64,000 bases of DNA, taken from contig JAONMX010000002.1 in assembly GCA_028378565.1 (NCBI GenBank), forward strand, positions 8,966 to 72,965, in the 5' to 3' direction. A program made the position numbers and the translations under genes. The notes under the pieces were generated by a model. The model was not told where the DNA came from, ran no database searches, and was given only the letters and a program-made list of their open reading frames with translations. Origin of the DNA: Bacteriovoracaceae bacterium (lineage in GTDB: Bacteria > Bdellovibrionota > Bacteriovoracia > Bacteriovoracales > Bacteriovoracaceae). Positions 53,469 to 63,591 of the stretch are shown here, piece after piece (positions within the stretch are counted from its first letter, which is position 1; every line of letters begins with the position of its first letter).

Positions 53469-55301
53469 ATGAAAAATACTATTGAAAAATATCTTAAGAG
53501 CTTCCCCTATATAAATGATTTTTTAGGGGAAGACGATATCACTCTTTTTTTCCAAAAAATCGAATCTGGTAAAGGTGTTCTTCGAATGCTTGACCTTGAA
53601 AGAAGCGATGAACTTGAAGATGCAATTGTTGCCTGCGATCTGGACTTTAATAAGAGAAACTTTTGGCCGAGAAAGTTTTTCCCTGAGCGCAACGAGCTGC
53701 TTTACTTTGGTGATGATGACAATAAAGAAAGAATTAATGCCTATGTTATCGATTTAAATTCTCGTACTTCTCGTAAAATTACCGATAGTCCTTATGTTGC
53801 TCTTTTTGGTATTTCTCCCGATCGTAAAACGATGGTCTATAGTGACCGCTTTAATGTAAAAGATGGAATGTATCAGCATAAACTCTATATTCGTTCTTTC
53901 CCAGACGGTAAAGATAGAGAAATTTATTGTGATATTGATCAAGATTATAAGATCACATGGGGGAGAGTGGCCTTTAGTCATGATCAGAAGAAAATTTACT
54001 TTGGGGTCGATTACCAAAATCAGCGGCAAAGAATGAACTTCTTAGAACTTGATTTAGAATCGGGTGCTACCAAATTACTACTTCCCAAAGATCAAGAATG
54101 TTCATTTCCTTACTTTAAAGGTGATGGTTTTGAAAGAGGGTTCTTTTATATTAGTGATATTGATGGTTTCGAAAATATCTATCATCTAGATTTTAAGACA
54201 AATGAAATCTCACAGCATACATTTCTTAGTGAAGAAAATTACGGTATTGGTCTTTCTAAAAACGAAAAACAATTTATTGTCTTAGAGTATGACTTGAAAA
54301 AAGATATCACTACATTTTCCTTGTTTGATATTGATAAGAACAAGATAAAGCTAAGCAAAAAATTAAATCGAAAATCAAAATATTCTCTTAATTCTTTCTA
54401 TGAATCTATTTGGGTTTATAAAAATAATTTATCAATTCCTAATCAAATTATTGAATTAAATTCTAACTTAGAAGAAATTAGAACCATTAATATGTTCTTA
54501 GGTGAGGTTGATCAGCTTTCACATAATACTTATGAATATATTGAATATGAAAGTTTTGATGGCAAGAAAGTTCCTAGCTTTATTACTCTTCCAAAAGGGG
54601 AAATTAAGGGGGCAGTGATCACATCTTTTTATGGTGGAAGTAATGCCTATGGATCTAGGAACCAATTATATAGTGAACTTGGTCTTGTCCATCTCTCACC
54701 AGGAGTAAGAGGTAGTAGTCAGTTTGGAAAAGAGTGGAGAGAGCATATTCAAGGGGATCTTGGGGGCAAGGAGATTGTCGATCTTACTTGGGGGGCTCGT
54801 TATCTGGAAGAAAGATTTGGCCTTGATTCTTCAAAAATTGGAGTTCAAGGAGGAAGTCATGGAGGTTATGCTGTCTTACGGGCACTGACTCTTCCTCAGA
54901 ATTACAATGATATTGAGAACGCTCGTTATGAGTGGGGTTTTGGGCTTTGTTGGTGTGGTTTTGCTTCCCTTGAGCACTTCTATGAAACAAGTAATATTCC
55001 AGATTGGCTTGTTTATATGTTAGGACCAATTGAAGAAAATAGGGATCGATATATAGATCGTAGTCCTGTCACTCATGTGGATAAATTATCTTCTAAGGTT
55101 TTTATAAGTCATGGAGAGAATGATTCGCGAGTCGATATTGGTTCTATAAATGACTTTATTAATCGATGTGATGAAGAAAAGAAGAGTACTTTGTTAACAA
55201 CTCATATCGTTTCCGGAGCAGGTCATAGTTACAATAAATATGAAGATAAATATCGTGACCATGAACTACTCGTTAACTTTTTAAACTCTATTTTGAAGTA
55301 A
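53469..55301 (+). CDS. S9-family serine peptidase (prolyl oligopeptidase / dipeptidyl peptidase type) with an N-terminal beta-propeller
   Basis: Nucleophile elbow GGSHGGY, then GENDSRV (Asp) and GAGHS (His) in S-D-H order. Confidence 0.85.
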   Translation: MKNTIEKYLKSFPYINDFLGEDDITLFFQKIESGKGVLRMLDLERSDELEDAIVACDLDFNKRNFWPRKFFPERNELLYFGDDDNKERINAYVIDLNSRTSRKITDSPYVALFGISPDRKTMVYSDRFNVKDGMYQHKLYIRSFPDGKDREIYCDIDQDYKITWGRVAFSHDQKKIYFGVDYQNQRQRMNFLELDLESGATKLLLPKDQECSFPYFKGDGFERGFFYISDIDGFENIYHLDFKTNEISQHTFLSEENYGIGLSKNEKQFIVLEYDLKKDITTFSLFDIDKNKIKLSKKLNRKSKYSLNSFYESIWVYKNNLSIPNQIIELNSNLEEIRTINMFLGEVDQLSHNTYEYIEYESFDGKKVPSFITLPKGEIKGAVITSFYGGSNAYGSRNQLYSELGLVHLSPGVRGSSQFGKEWREHIQGDLGGKEIVDLTWGARYLEERFGLDSSKIGVQGGSHGGYAVLRALTLPQNYNDIENARYEWGFGLCWCGFASLEHFYETSNIPDWLVYMLGPIEENRDRYIDRSPVTHVDKLSSKVFISHGENDSRVDIGSINDFINRCDEEKKSTLLTTHIVSGAGHSYNKYEDKYRDHELLVNFLNSILK

Positions 55302-57519
55302 GGGTTGTCACTCCATCCCACTCTGGTGGTGGTGGGATTTCTAAGAAGTCTTTACAACGCTGAATATATATTTCAGATGGGTTTGTTTTAACACCTTTGA
55401 GCTTTGGAAATCTTTTATACTCAAGCTCAAGAGTATCAGTAAAAACATCAATGGCTTCAGTAAAATTTTGTTCTTTATAGAGCTTCACTCCATAATCAAA
55501 TTTGTTAGCAAGATCAAAAAGGTATTCTTCACTTGTTTCTTTGATTCCGATTAGCTCAAATGATTGAACTGGAACAGTCTTACCCATAACTCTGACCGTA
55601 TCAAGCTCACGCCAAATAAACTCGTCTCCCGCTAAATCTTTTGTTTCTCTTGCAACCTGAGTAAAGATTCCGAATTGCTTTGCTGATTCTTCAAGTCTTG
55701 CGGCAAGGTTAACGGCATCGCCCATCATGGTATAATTCATTCTCGAGGCTGATCCCATATTTCCAGTTACAATTTCACCAGAGTTAATACCAATTCTCAT
55801 TCTCATTTCATGGACAATTTCTGGCCATTTATCACCTTCTGATACCCACTTTTCGCGAAGCTTTAAAAGAGCTTCCTGCATCCTGTGTGCTACTAAACAA
55901 GCTCGTTTAGCATGATCTTCAAGGGGCATAGGAGCTCCAAAGAAGGCGATAATGGCATCACCTTCATACTTATCAAGAGTTCCTTTTTCTTCTAAGAGGA
56001 GGTCTGTCATAACAGTTAAGTATTCATTTAAAAGTTCAACTAATTGAGTTGCCGTTAGCTTTTCTGAGAAAGTAGAAAATGATTGAATATCTGTAAAGTA
56101 AGCTGTTCTAACACCACTATCACCACCTAGTTTTGGAGGCTCTCCTGTAGAATACATTTCATCAATAAGCTCCGGAGAAATGTAGTTTCCAAATGCCTGT
56201 TTTAAAAATTGCTTATCTTTGTTGGCAAGATAGAAATGCAAGAAGGTGTTCCATGAATAACAGGCAATAACACTAAAGAGACAAAAGAAAAGTTTAATCT
56301 CATAACCTTGAGGTAGAAGATAATAAGTATCAAATAGGTAGGCCCCAAGTGAAATAATAACAACGGCGGCAAGATCAAGTAGGGCATGACCGAAGAATTG
56401 AATAATCAGTATGAGGAGTGTTCCCACTCCTAACATGATCCAAGAGGCAAAGGTACTCTTGTAGGTATCAATAAAGAAGTTACCATCGAGGAGCATTTTT
56501 ACCATATTCATATGCATGTAGACTCCTGGCATTTGAGAGTCAACAGGAGTGTGTCTTAAGTCGTGAGCTCCATATGCAGTAGAACCAATAAAGACAATAT
56601 TACCATCAAATACTTGCTTCATTTTTGAATCTGTATCAGGAGCTTGGAGAACATCCCAAAAACTAACTTTTGGAAAAGCTCCTTCATTACCAAACCAACG
56701 TACCTTCGTTTCGCCTTTATAGTTAAGATAAAGCTTACCTGTTTTTAATCTTAAACTACTTTCGTTAATACTAGAAAGATCTAGTCGATAGTTATCACCA
56801 GTGAAGAGTTGATAAGTCATTAACGAAAAAGAAGGAAAGTAGAGCTCATCAACATTACCAACTAGTGGATAATGTCTAAAAATTCCATCTCTATCAGCAG
56901 AGGCCTGAATATGGGCAAGTGCTGCATTTGAACTTAAAAAAGTTTTATAAGGAAAAACCTTCTTTTCCATGAAAGCTGGTCTGAGGTTAAGTCCAGGGGC
57001 TTGTTTGGTGTCCATAATAAAATCATACATATTATCCGGAACTTCCTCAAAAGTATCTCCAGGGTAAGGACTTAAAGAATAGGGAAGGATAACTCGATTA
57101 CCAGGCTTTTCTTGAAAATCTATAATTGCTTTTGCCATATCTTCATCAGGGGTAATACCCGGACAAGTGAGACTTTCTTCAGAAAAGAAAACATCATAAG
57201 CAATAACTTTGGCCCCAAAGACTTTTAGTTTTTCCATTAAACGAGCGTAATTATCACGAGGTAGTGGCCAACGACCAATATTATTAATAGAGGCATCATC
57301 AATAGCAACTAGTACAACACGAGGCTCGAAGGCGTCGTCTTTTAATGTCTGCTTCATCCTAATGTCGTAAAACCTATCTTCAAAGAAAGAGGTATAATAG
57401 TAACGACCTTCAGACTCAAGACCGACACCCTCTCTTTCCTGCAAAGAAAAGAAAATACTAATTGTTGAAAATAAGACAATTAAAATTAGACCTAAATATT
57501 TAACGACATTTGAAATCAT
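55288..57519 (-). CDS. CHASE2-domain membrane sensor fused to a class III adenylate cyclase (Lys/Thr, class IIIb-like) and a TPR-like tail
   Basis: 743 aa. A periplasmic CHASE2-like domain is followed by a TM cluster, then FTDIQSFSTFSE, DKYEGDAIIAFFGAP and YTMMGDAVNLAARLE. The Lys in K-x-x-GD and the Thr in Y-T-M-M-GD favour ATP as substrate. Its 3' end overlaps the convergent S9 peptidase gene by 14 nt. Confidence 0.85.
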   Translation of the reverse strand: MISNVVKYLGLILIVLFSTISIFFSLQEREGVGLESEGRYYYTSFFEDRFYDIRMKQTLKDDAFEPRVVLVAIDDASINNIGRWPLPRDNYARLMEKLKVFGAKVIAYDVFFSEESLTCPGITPDEDMAKAIIDFQEKPGNRVILPYSLSPYPGDTFEEVPDNMYDFIMDTKQAPGLNLRPAFMEKKVFPYKTFLSSNAALAHIQASADRDGIFRHYPLVGNVDELYFPSFSLMTYQLFTGDNYRLDLSSINESSLRLKTGKLYLNYKGETKVRWFGNEGAFPKVSFWDVLQAPDTDSKMKQVFDGNIVFIGSTAYGAHDLRHTPVDSQMPGVYMHMNMVKMLLDGNFFIDTYKSTFASWIMLGVGTLLILIIQFFGHALLDLAAVVIISLGAYLFDTYYLLPQGYEIKLFFCLFSVIACYSWNTFLHFYLANKDKQFLKQAFGNYISPELIDEMYSTGEPPKLGGDSGVRTAYFTDIQSFSTFSEKLTATQLVELLNEYLTVMTDLLLEEKGTLDKYEGDAIIAFFGAPMPLEDHAKRACLVAHRMQEALLKLREKWVSEGDKWPEIVHEMRMRIGINSGEIVTGNMGSASRMNYTMMGDAVNLAARLEESAKQFGIFTQVARETKDLAGDEFIWRELDTVRVMGKTVPVQSFELIGIKETSEEYLFDLANKFDYGVKLYKEQNFTEAIDVFTDTLELEYKRFPKLKGVKTNPSEIYIQRCKDFLEIPPPPEWDGVTTLTSK

Positions 57520-57537
57520 ATTGTTGATCTCTCTTTT

Positions 57538-59136
57538 TTAAAATGAAGCACTAACTTCAAAAGTGGTAACATGCTTTGTGTAATTAAAACTGGCAGCATC
57601 TTTAGAGCGATTCTTTGTATACTCATAAGAAAAATTTGTTGAAAGAAACTTATTAACATTTCTTGTCCACTTAAACATGGGAGTATACGTTTTTTCAGTT
57701 CCCCTTGTCGCTTGTTTTGCTTTTGTATCAAGAAAACTTACTGACATGGCAAGGTTTAAAGTATGACCTTTTAGAATATTTGGATATAAGTAATCTGTTC
57801 TAAAAAGATGATTATTCGTTGATGATATCGGATCATTATAAGAGTCTATGAAGTCAGATTGGTAAAAGAAAATGAGAATATTTCGATTACTTGTAATAAA
57901 AGTGTGATTAAGACTTACTGTTTTTGTTTTATTATTTAAATTATTAAGATAGCCTTGGTAATCTTTGTATTTAAACTTAATTGTTGTACTTCCTAAAGTC
58001 GTTAATTTAAATTTTTCTCCAAAACTAACTGTCCATGACCTGGCATAAAACTCTTTGTTTTTCGTAGAATTTCTATCCCTAGAAATATAGCTAAAATCTA
58101 GATCTAGCATCATACTAGCTTGTTGTTTAAATAAGGTATGTTCAAAAGAATTTTTAAGACCATAGAAAAGTGACAAACTATCATTTTTAAAAACAGTGGA
58201 GTTATTTCTATCACTATGTTCTTTATTAGAAATTCTGAAATTTGGACTCAGGATAAATCTGTTATTTGGATTATATTTATAATTAGTTCCTAACTCGGTA
58301 TTAAATATGTAACTATCTTTTTGAGTTGCTTGTGAAGTTGGTAGGTCAGTAGATTGAGTTATATTATTGTCATATTTGATATCTTGAGAGAAGTTTATCG
58401 ACCATCTTTTTTCCGGAAGGTTCTTACCATTTTTCATAATATTTGGATCTAATCCATACTGTTTTTGAAGTTCTTTTATTCTGTCTTTGATGTCTGAAGC
58501 AGTATTACTTTTCGGATCGACTTCTATCGCTTTTTCCATTTGAGGGAGAATATAATCAGCAATTAGTCGTTCAGTTTGATCTTTGGTTGTGGCTATGGCC
58601 AACAAGCTTTCTGCTAATTGAAATCTTGAAATTTGAAGTATATTAAAATCTTCTTTTTCTTCTTTAAGTATTTGAGTGAATATATTCTTGGCGTCTTTAT
58701 GTTTTTCAAGAACTTGACTGACATGGGCCATGTAGTAAAGAGAAGAAGTTTTCTTAAAACCAACTCTATAGCTTTTTCTAAAAGCAATTCTAGCTTCTTC
58801 TAGAGCATTTGTTGCATAAAGAGCTTGCCCCATTTCATAGTATAAGTCTTTAGCTTTTGATTTAAGTCTTACTGCTCTTTTAAAGTGTGGGATAGATTTA
58901 TCATAGGATTGTAATTTATTGTATATGACACCTTTTAAATATTCTCTTGTTGCTAACTTCTTTTTTGAAGTCATTTTTTTATTTAATGCTTTTAAAGCAG
59001 TTTGATATTCACCCATTTTATAAAACTTAAAAGCATCAGCAATAGGTTCTGCATAACTATTTATAGATAGTAATAATGTGGATAAAGTAATTAATTTCAA
59101 AAACTTGAAGAGAAGAAAGCTATCCCTAATTCTCAC
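57538..59136 (-). CDS. Outer-membrane protein with N-terminal TPR repeats and a C-terminal predicted beta-barrel
   Basis: GTG start and a signal peptide. The first 200 aa or so show TPR-like helices. The C-terminal half alternates in a Tyr/Asn/Ser/Thr-rich pattern and ends ...TTFEVSASF, with a terminal Phe typical of OMPs. Confidence 0.6.
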   Translation of the reverse strand: MRIRDSFLLFKFLKLITLSTLLLSINSYAEPIADAFKFYKMGEYQTALKALNKKMTSKKKLATREYLKGVIYNKLQSYDKSIPHFKRAVRLKSKAKDLYYEMGQALYATNALEEARIAFRKSYRVGFKKTSSLYYMAHVSQVLEKHKDAKNIFTQILKEEKEDFNILQISRFQLAESLLAIATTKDQTERLIADYILPQMEKAIEVDPKSNTASDIKDRIKELQKQYGLDPNIMKNGKNLPEKRWSINFSQDIKYDNNITQSTDLPTSQATQKDSYIFNTELGTNYKYNPNNRFILSPNFRISNKEHSDRNNSTVFKNDSLSLFYGLKNSFEHTLFKQQASMMLDLDFSYISRDRNSTKNKEFYARSWTVSFGEKFKLTTLGSTTIKFKYKDYQGYLNNLNNKTKTVSLNHTFITSNRNILIFFYQSDFIDSYNDPISSTNNHLFRTDYLYPNILKGHTLNLAMSVSFLDTKAKQATRGTEKTYTPMFKWTRNVNKFLSTNFSYEYTKNRSKDAASFNYTKHVTTFEVSASF

Positions 59137-59201
59137 ATGAACTTCCTTGTTCTATAATAATAAAATCTAGCTATTATTATAGTTGAACAGGGTGTGAGAT
59201 G

Positions 59202-60575
59202 CTAGTTGATAGTTATTTCAAAGTTGGCGGTTGTTGCTCCACCGGTATCTACTGGATTATTTAAGTCATCTACTAAATCTTGTTCAATATTATCAACTAC
59301 CTCGTCACAAATACCTGTTGCACATGGATCATCCATAAAATCTGAACTACCACCCTCTGCAAATGGATCCATAGTTCCATCAATTAAACCGCCTCCATCA
59401 AGAGTAATGGTTTCTGGAGGTGGTGGAGGAGGAGATTGTGCATCTGCTGGAGCTCTACCGTCTTCGTTGATAATTTCTTTTGCTACAAATGTTCCATCTG
59501 GTTGAAGTTCATAGTGATCGTTGACGAAGTCACCTGTTGCCAGATCAATTCTTCCCATTGTCGGAGGTGGTATATAAACATCCTGGTTAGGGTCGTAAGC
59601 CGATCCTGGTGGAGGTGGAATATATTGAGCTGTTCCAAGGTCTACATATCCACCTGCTGTAGGGGCAACTTCTCCTGTTTCACTATTCATCATTCCCTCT
59701 GCTGAAGCACTTCCTTCAACACCTGAGAGTTCTTGTTTAATTTCTTCTTTAATTTCGTTCATGGTGGATCTTCCGACACTAGTGAACATTTCCTTATCCA
59801 TTTCTTTGTTGTCGTTGGCAAATTTCTTACCATCAACACCTGGAGGCAGGACACTTCTAAAGGACTTACCTGGAGCTTTTCTTGTTTCTTGCTTTAATGA
59901 AGAGACTTCATTATTTCTAAGAGTTTCTAGTTGGACAGGAGAGATCTTTACAGGAAGAGTTGCCCTTTGCATTTTTGGAGATGCTCCTGAGTATTGTCCT
60001 TTCATGACGATAACTGCTTGATCACTACTAACAGTTCTCTCAAGATCGGCCTGAGTTGGAGGCCTAATATTATCTGCCATGCTTTCAAACCTTGCCATGG
60101 CCACAGCACCGTGAAAAGTTACAAGTGAAGTTGCACCATTTTCTGGATTATAGTTAACTTGAAAATCAGTTCCTCTAACACCCATTGCCGCAGACTTAGT
60201 TTTAATGAAGAGTTTAGATTTATCTTTCTTCTTCATATCCATATAGTTCTTAGTTACCTTGGATCTGATTTGACCTTTTATGAGGGTAATAATTCCAGCA
60301 TCTTTTTTAGGGAAAGCTGTAATTTTCATAGTGGACTTAGGACCAACATTCATACTTGATTTATCAATGAAAAGTAATTTAGTGAAGCTTTTAGCTTCTG
60401 TTGAAACTTCTGCACCTTCTGGAAGCCACATTCCTTTCTTCATCGGGACTTTTTTACCATTCAAGGTAGAGTAGGCTTTTCCTTTTAATATAATAACCTT
60501 AGCAACGCCTTCGCCAGCAAAGGTGCTCACATTAATTAAAGAAAAAACCGTAATAATAAAAAGAAAAAATTTCAT
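59202..60575 (-). CDS. FecR-domain secreted protein with a Pro-rich acidic C-terminal region
   Basis: Signal peptide. The N-terminal VAKVIILKGKAY...LPEGAEVSTEAKSFTKLLFIDKSSMNVGPKSTMKI fits a FecR (PF04773-like) beta-sandwich. A PPPPPP tract follows. Confidence 0.75.
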   Translation of the reverse strand: MKFFLFIITVFSLINVSTFAGEGVAKVIILKGKAYSTLNGKKVPMKKGMWLPEGAEVSTEAKSFTKLLFIDKSSMNVGPKSTMKITAFPKKDAGIITLIKGQIRSKVTKNYMDMKKKDKSKLFIKTKSAAMGVRGTDFQVNYNPENGATSLVTFHGAVAMARFESMADNIRPPTQADLERTVSSDQAVIVMKGQYSGASPKMQRATLPVKISPVQLETLRNNEVSSLKQETRKAPGKSFRSVLPPGVDGKKFANDNKEMDKEMFTSVGRSTMNEIKEEIKQELSGVEGSASAEGMMNSETGEVAPTAGGYVDLGTAQYIPPPPGSAYDPNQDVYIPPPTMGRIDLATGDFVNDHYELQPDGTFVAKEIINEDGRAPADAQSPPPPPPETITLDGGGLIDGTMDPFAEGGSSDFMDDPCATGICDEVVDNIEQDLVDDLNNPVDTGGATTANFEITIN

Positions 60576-60731
60576 AAATATCCCTAGAGAAAGTCACTCT
60601 TCTCTTTCTTTTCGTTATTATAGAAAGTTTCTTTAGGATACCCTAGGAAAGAAGTAAGCTATTGATATTATTGCGTCGCTATTTACCTGTAATTAGAGAA
60701 CTGCAAATAATTGTTGGGGTATATTACTCAA

Positions 60732-61073
60732 TTAAAGGATCTTCTCAAGGTTCTCAGTAGGACGGCCAATAACGGCTTTTACGCCATTACTTAATATTGG
60801 ACGCTCGAGAAGCTTTGGAGATTTAACAATCTCATTGGCCCACTGCTCGATTGATAGCTCTGTGGATGAAAGTGCTTTATAAGCTTCTTCTTTTTTTCTT
60901 ATGAAGTAATTCTCATCGTCTTTAAGTAGTTTCAATAGTTCTATAAGCTCCGAGCTTTCAAGTGAAGTTTTCATATATTCTACAACTTCAACTTCAAGAT
61001 CTTTATTTTTTAAGAACTCTAGGCCTTGACGAGATTTAGAACATTTAGAATTATGATAGTATTTCCAGTTCAT
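60732..61073 (-). CDS. ArsC/Spx-family thioredoxin-fold reductase (glutaredoxin-type ArsC/YffB-like)
   Basis: 113 aa. The N-terminal YHNSKCSKSRQGLEFLK matches the Y(H)NP.C..SR catalytic-Cys region of the family. Confidence 0.75.
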   Translation of the reverse strand: MNWKYYHNSKCSKSRQGLEFLKNKDLEVEVVEYMKTSLESSELIELLKLLKDDENYFIRKKEEAYKALSSTELSIEQWANEIVKSPKLLERPILSNGVKAVIGRPTENLEKIL

Positions 61074-61082
61074 TTAAAACTC

Positions 61083-61754
61083 CTAAAATATAGTGATACC
61101 TATTGTGACCATAAAGAAGTGGCCACTTAAGTCTTGTTTAGATTCTTCAGTTGATAAAATATTTGTTTCTGTAAAGTCTCTTGAATCTACCACTTTAAGT
61201 TCTTTACTTTTCTTATAGCTATATAGAATTTCAATATAGGCAGGATGCATTTCTTTATACTTTGTTTGTTCTTCTACACCAAAGAAAAGAAATCCTCCTT
61301 GTGAATCGTAAGTGAGTTTATGATTTTCATCAAAGATAGATTGGTTGCCCGCATCTGGTTCGTCGAACTTAATAGTTTGTAATGACCAAGATGGACCAAG
61401 GCCCGTATAAAACTTCCAGTTCTTATAAGGCTCAAAGGACTGAATAATATATTTTACTGTTGGTCCAAAGCTTACATGCCTTAAGTGTGCATCTCCAGTG
61501 AAAGTTTGCCCTTGTGCTCGATAGGTAAGTTCATCAACTTCACCCCAGAAGATATAACTAGAAAAATTTACTTCCCATTTGGTCCAGCGATAGCCAAAGT
61601 GTGTGCTAAAGCCAGCTCCTTTCATCGTATCTTCAGTTCCTGAAATTCCTTTCACTTTTGCATTTGAATAGCTTAATCCACCCTTTAGAACGAGATCGTT
61701 TTCAAAAGCAAAGAGGTTGGTAATTAATATGAAGATAAAGAATAGCGTTTTCAT
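61083..61754 (-). CDS. Small outer-membrane beta-barrel protein (OmpA-N/OmpW-like porin family), tentative
   Basis: Signal peptide, alternating aromatic/Gly pattern, C-terminal ...GITIF. Confidence 0.5.
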   Translation of the reverse strand: MKTLFFIFILITNLFAFENDLVLKGGLSYSNAKVKGISGTEDTMKGAGFSTHFGYRWTKWEVNFSSYIFWGEVDELTYRAQGQTFTGDAHLRHVSFGPTVKYIIQSFEPYKNWKFYTGLGPSWSLQTIKFDEPDAGNQSIFDENHKLTYDSQGGFLFFGVEEQTKYKEMHPAYIEILYSYKKSKELKVVDSRDFTETNILSTEESKQDLSGHFFMVTIGITIF

Positions 61755-62539
61755 TAGTAGTTCACCACCAAGGTTAAACGACCACTATTTTTTAAATTAT
61801 ATTCAGGAATGATTCTTACTTTACCTTCATAGAACCATAAAAGAGTTGTTGGATTGATAGCGTGACCAAGAACACGGCCAAGCATATTTCCTGTGTTCAA
61901 AAGATACATAGATAATGACTCGATTCCAACTCCTAGAACTGAACCAAGAACAGGAGTTTGATAAAGGTCTTGAATACTAGCAGGTTCAGTATAAATTTCC
62001 ACAGTAAATTCAAAGAGAGCTGAAGAAATAAAAGACATTCCTAAACTGTCGACTCTATTATATCCATTGGCCCTATAATAGAGGTAGAGCTGACTTCCAC
62101 TGATTGGATGAACAAACCAATTCCAAAATGGTTCATCTCTATCAAAAACTAATTTTCCAAAATTTTTCTTATATACTTTAAAGCTTCCTTTCTTACGAAC
62201 CACATCCGGTTGAGTAAGAGGATAGAGAACTAGTGTTGCACCATAAATTCCTGCAATATGCTTAGCACTTTCACTATAAGAGTGTTCTCTATTTATATAA
62301 CCATAGTGATACTTTGGTGTTCTTTTTCGAGAGTGTGACTCAAGAACTTCTTCATCAATATCACTTGGTGAACTAAAGTGATCAATTGGTTGGATGGACT
62401 CAGTATCACTTTGTGATATGTAAAAGCCTTGAGAAATATGGTAGTTTTGCGCTAAAAGTGCTCTGGTATCACTTGCAAACAAGTTAATATTGTTAAATAT
62501 TAGCAAAGGTAAAAGTGTTAAAAATTTGATCTGAATCAT
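61754..62539 (-). CDS. Secreted DUF3943-like protein, tentative
   Basis: I prefer the ATG at 62539 (MIQIKFLTLLPLLIF...). The conserved-looking block WNWFVHPISGSQLYLYYRANGY...FEFTVEIYTEPASIQDLYQTPVLGS is present. Its 3' end overlaps the start codon of the downstream gene (61083..61754) by 1 nt. Confidence 0.4.
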   Translation of the reverse strand: MIQIKFLTLLPLLIFNNINLFASDTRALLAQNYHISQGFYISQSDTESIQPIDHFSSPSDIDEEVLESHSRKRTPKYHYGYINREHSYSESAKHIAGIYGATLVLYPLTQPDVVRKKGSFKVYKKNFGKLVFDRDEPFWNWFVHPISGSQLYLYYRANGYNRVDSLGMSFISSALFEFTVEIYTEPASIQDLYQTPVLGSVLGVGIESLSMYLLNTGNMLGRVLGHAINPTTLLWFYEGKVRIIPEYNLKNSGRLTLVVNY

Positions 62540-62618
62540 ATTAATACTGTCATTGTTTGTGATATTACTCTTGATACCATGTGACAGATACATTAGAAAC
62601 TAAAACTCTAGGGATATT

Positions 62619-63509
62619 ATGCTAAGCGAAACAAAAGAAAAATTTCATCAACATGTTTGTGACCTTCAAGATGCTATATGTAATAAAATGAAGGAATTTG
62701 ACCCTGCGTTAGAAACTGTTGAAGATCTATGGGAGCGCAAAGACTTTGCTGGAAATAATGGTGGAGGGGGAAGAACCCGAGCTATGAGTGGTAAGGTTTT
62801 TGAAAATGCTGGGGTAAATACCAGCCTTGTTCATGGAAAAGTTGATCCGGCGTTTGCTAAGAGAATTGGGGGAACAACAGACGAAATGTGGGCCGCAGGA
62901 ATTAGCCTTATTCTTCACCCATTTAATCCTAAGGTTCCTACTGTTCATGCCAACTTTAGAATGATTCAAGCTGGAGAGCGCTTTTGGTTTGGTGGTGGGG
63001 CAGATCTAACTCCTTTTTATCCAAACGAAGAAGATTTCAAATACTTTCACCAAGTATGGAAAGATGCTTGTAAACCATATGGGCATTATGAAAATTTTAA
63101 AAAACAGTGTGATGATTATTTTGTGAATAAACATAGAGATCAGGAGATGCGTGGAGTTGGTGGAATTTTCTTTGATCACTACAATACAGGTGATTTAGAA
63201 AAAGATTCTGCCATGGCAACGGATTTGTCTAACTTTTTTATTAAAAGTTATTTTCCGATTGTTGAGAAGAGAATTGATGAAAGCTTTAACGATGATGACG
63301 TTGATTTTCAACTCCATCGTAGAGGACGATATGTAGAGTTTAACTTGTTACATGATAGAGGGACCTCTTTTGGCCTTCAGAGTAATGGAAGGACAGATTC
63401 AATACTAATTAGTTTACCTGCAAGGTGTAAGTTTACTTATAAATACCGGCCTCAAGCCGGCTCAGCTCATGAAAAAATGTTGAGTTACTATCGACCAAAA
63501 GACTGGTGA
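62619..63509 (+). CDS. hemF: Oxygen-dependent coproporphyrinogen III oxidase
   Basis: GGGGRTR, SLILHPFNPKVPTVHANFR, WFGGGADLTPFYP and RRGRYVEFNLLHDRGT, all typical HemF blocks. Confidence 0.95.
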   Translation: MLSETKEKFHQHVCDLQDAICNKMKEFDPALETVEDLWERKDFAGNNGGGGRTRAMSGKVFENAGVNTSLVHGKVDPAFAKRIGGTTDEMWAAGISLILHPFNPKVPTVHANFRMIQAGERFWFGGGADLTPFYPNEEDFKYFHQVWKDACKPYGHYENFKKQCDDYFVNKHRDQEMRGVGGIFFDHYNTGDLEKDSAMATDLSNFFIKSYFPIVEKRIDESFNDDDVDFQLHRRGRYVEFNLLHDRGTSFGLQSNGRTDSILISLPARCKFTYKYRPQAGSAHEKMLSYYRPKDW

Positions 63510-63591
63510 GTTTAGGCCGTCAAACTTAAATTTTATTCAGTATTCTTTTTTAAAATGCTATATTGATCACATAATTTTATAGGAGATACTT

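Noticed and set aside
60582-60652. Imperfect direct repeat CCCTAG(A)GAAAG upstream of the FecR-like gene, plus the AGAAAgTTTCT mini-palindrome
   Set aside because: The repeat is short, has one indel and occurs only twice. It may be part of the promoter, but the support is too weak to call a site.
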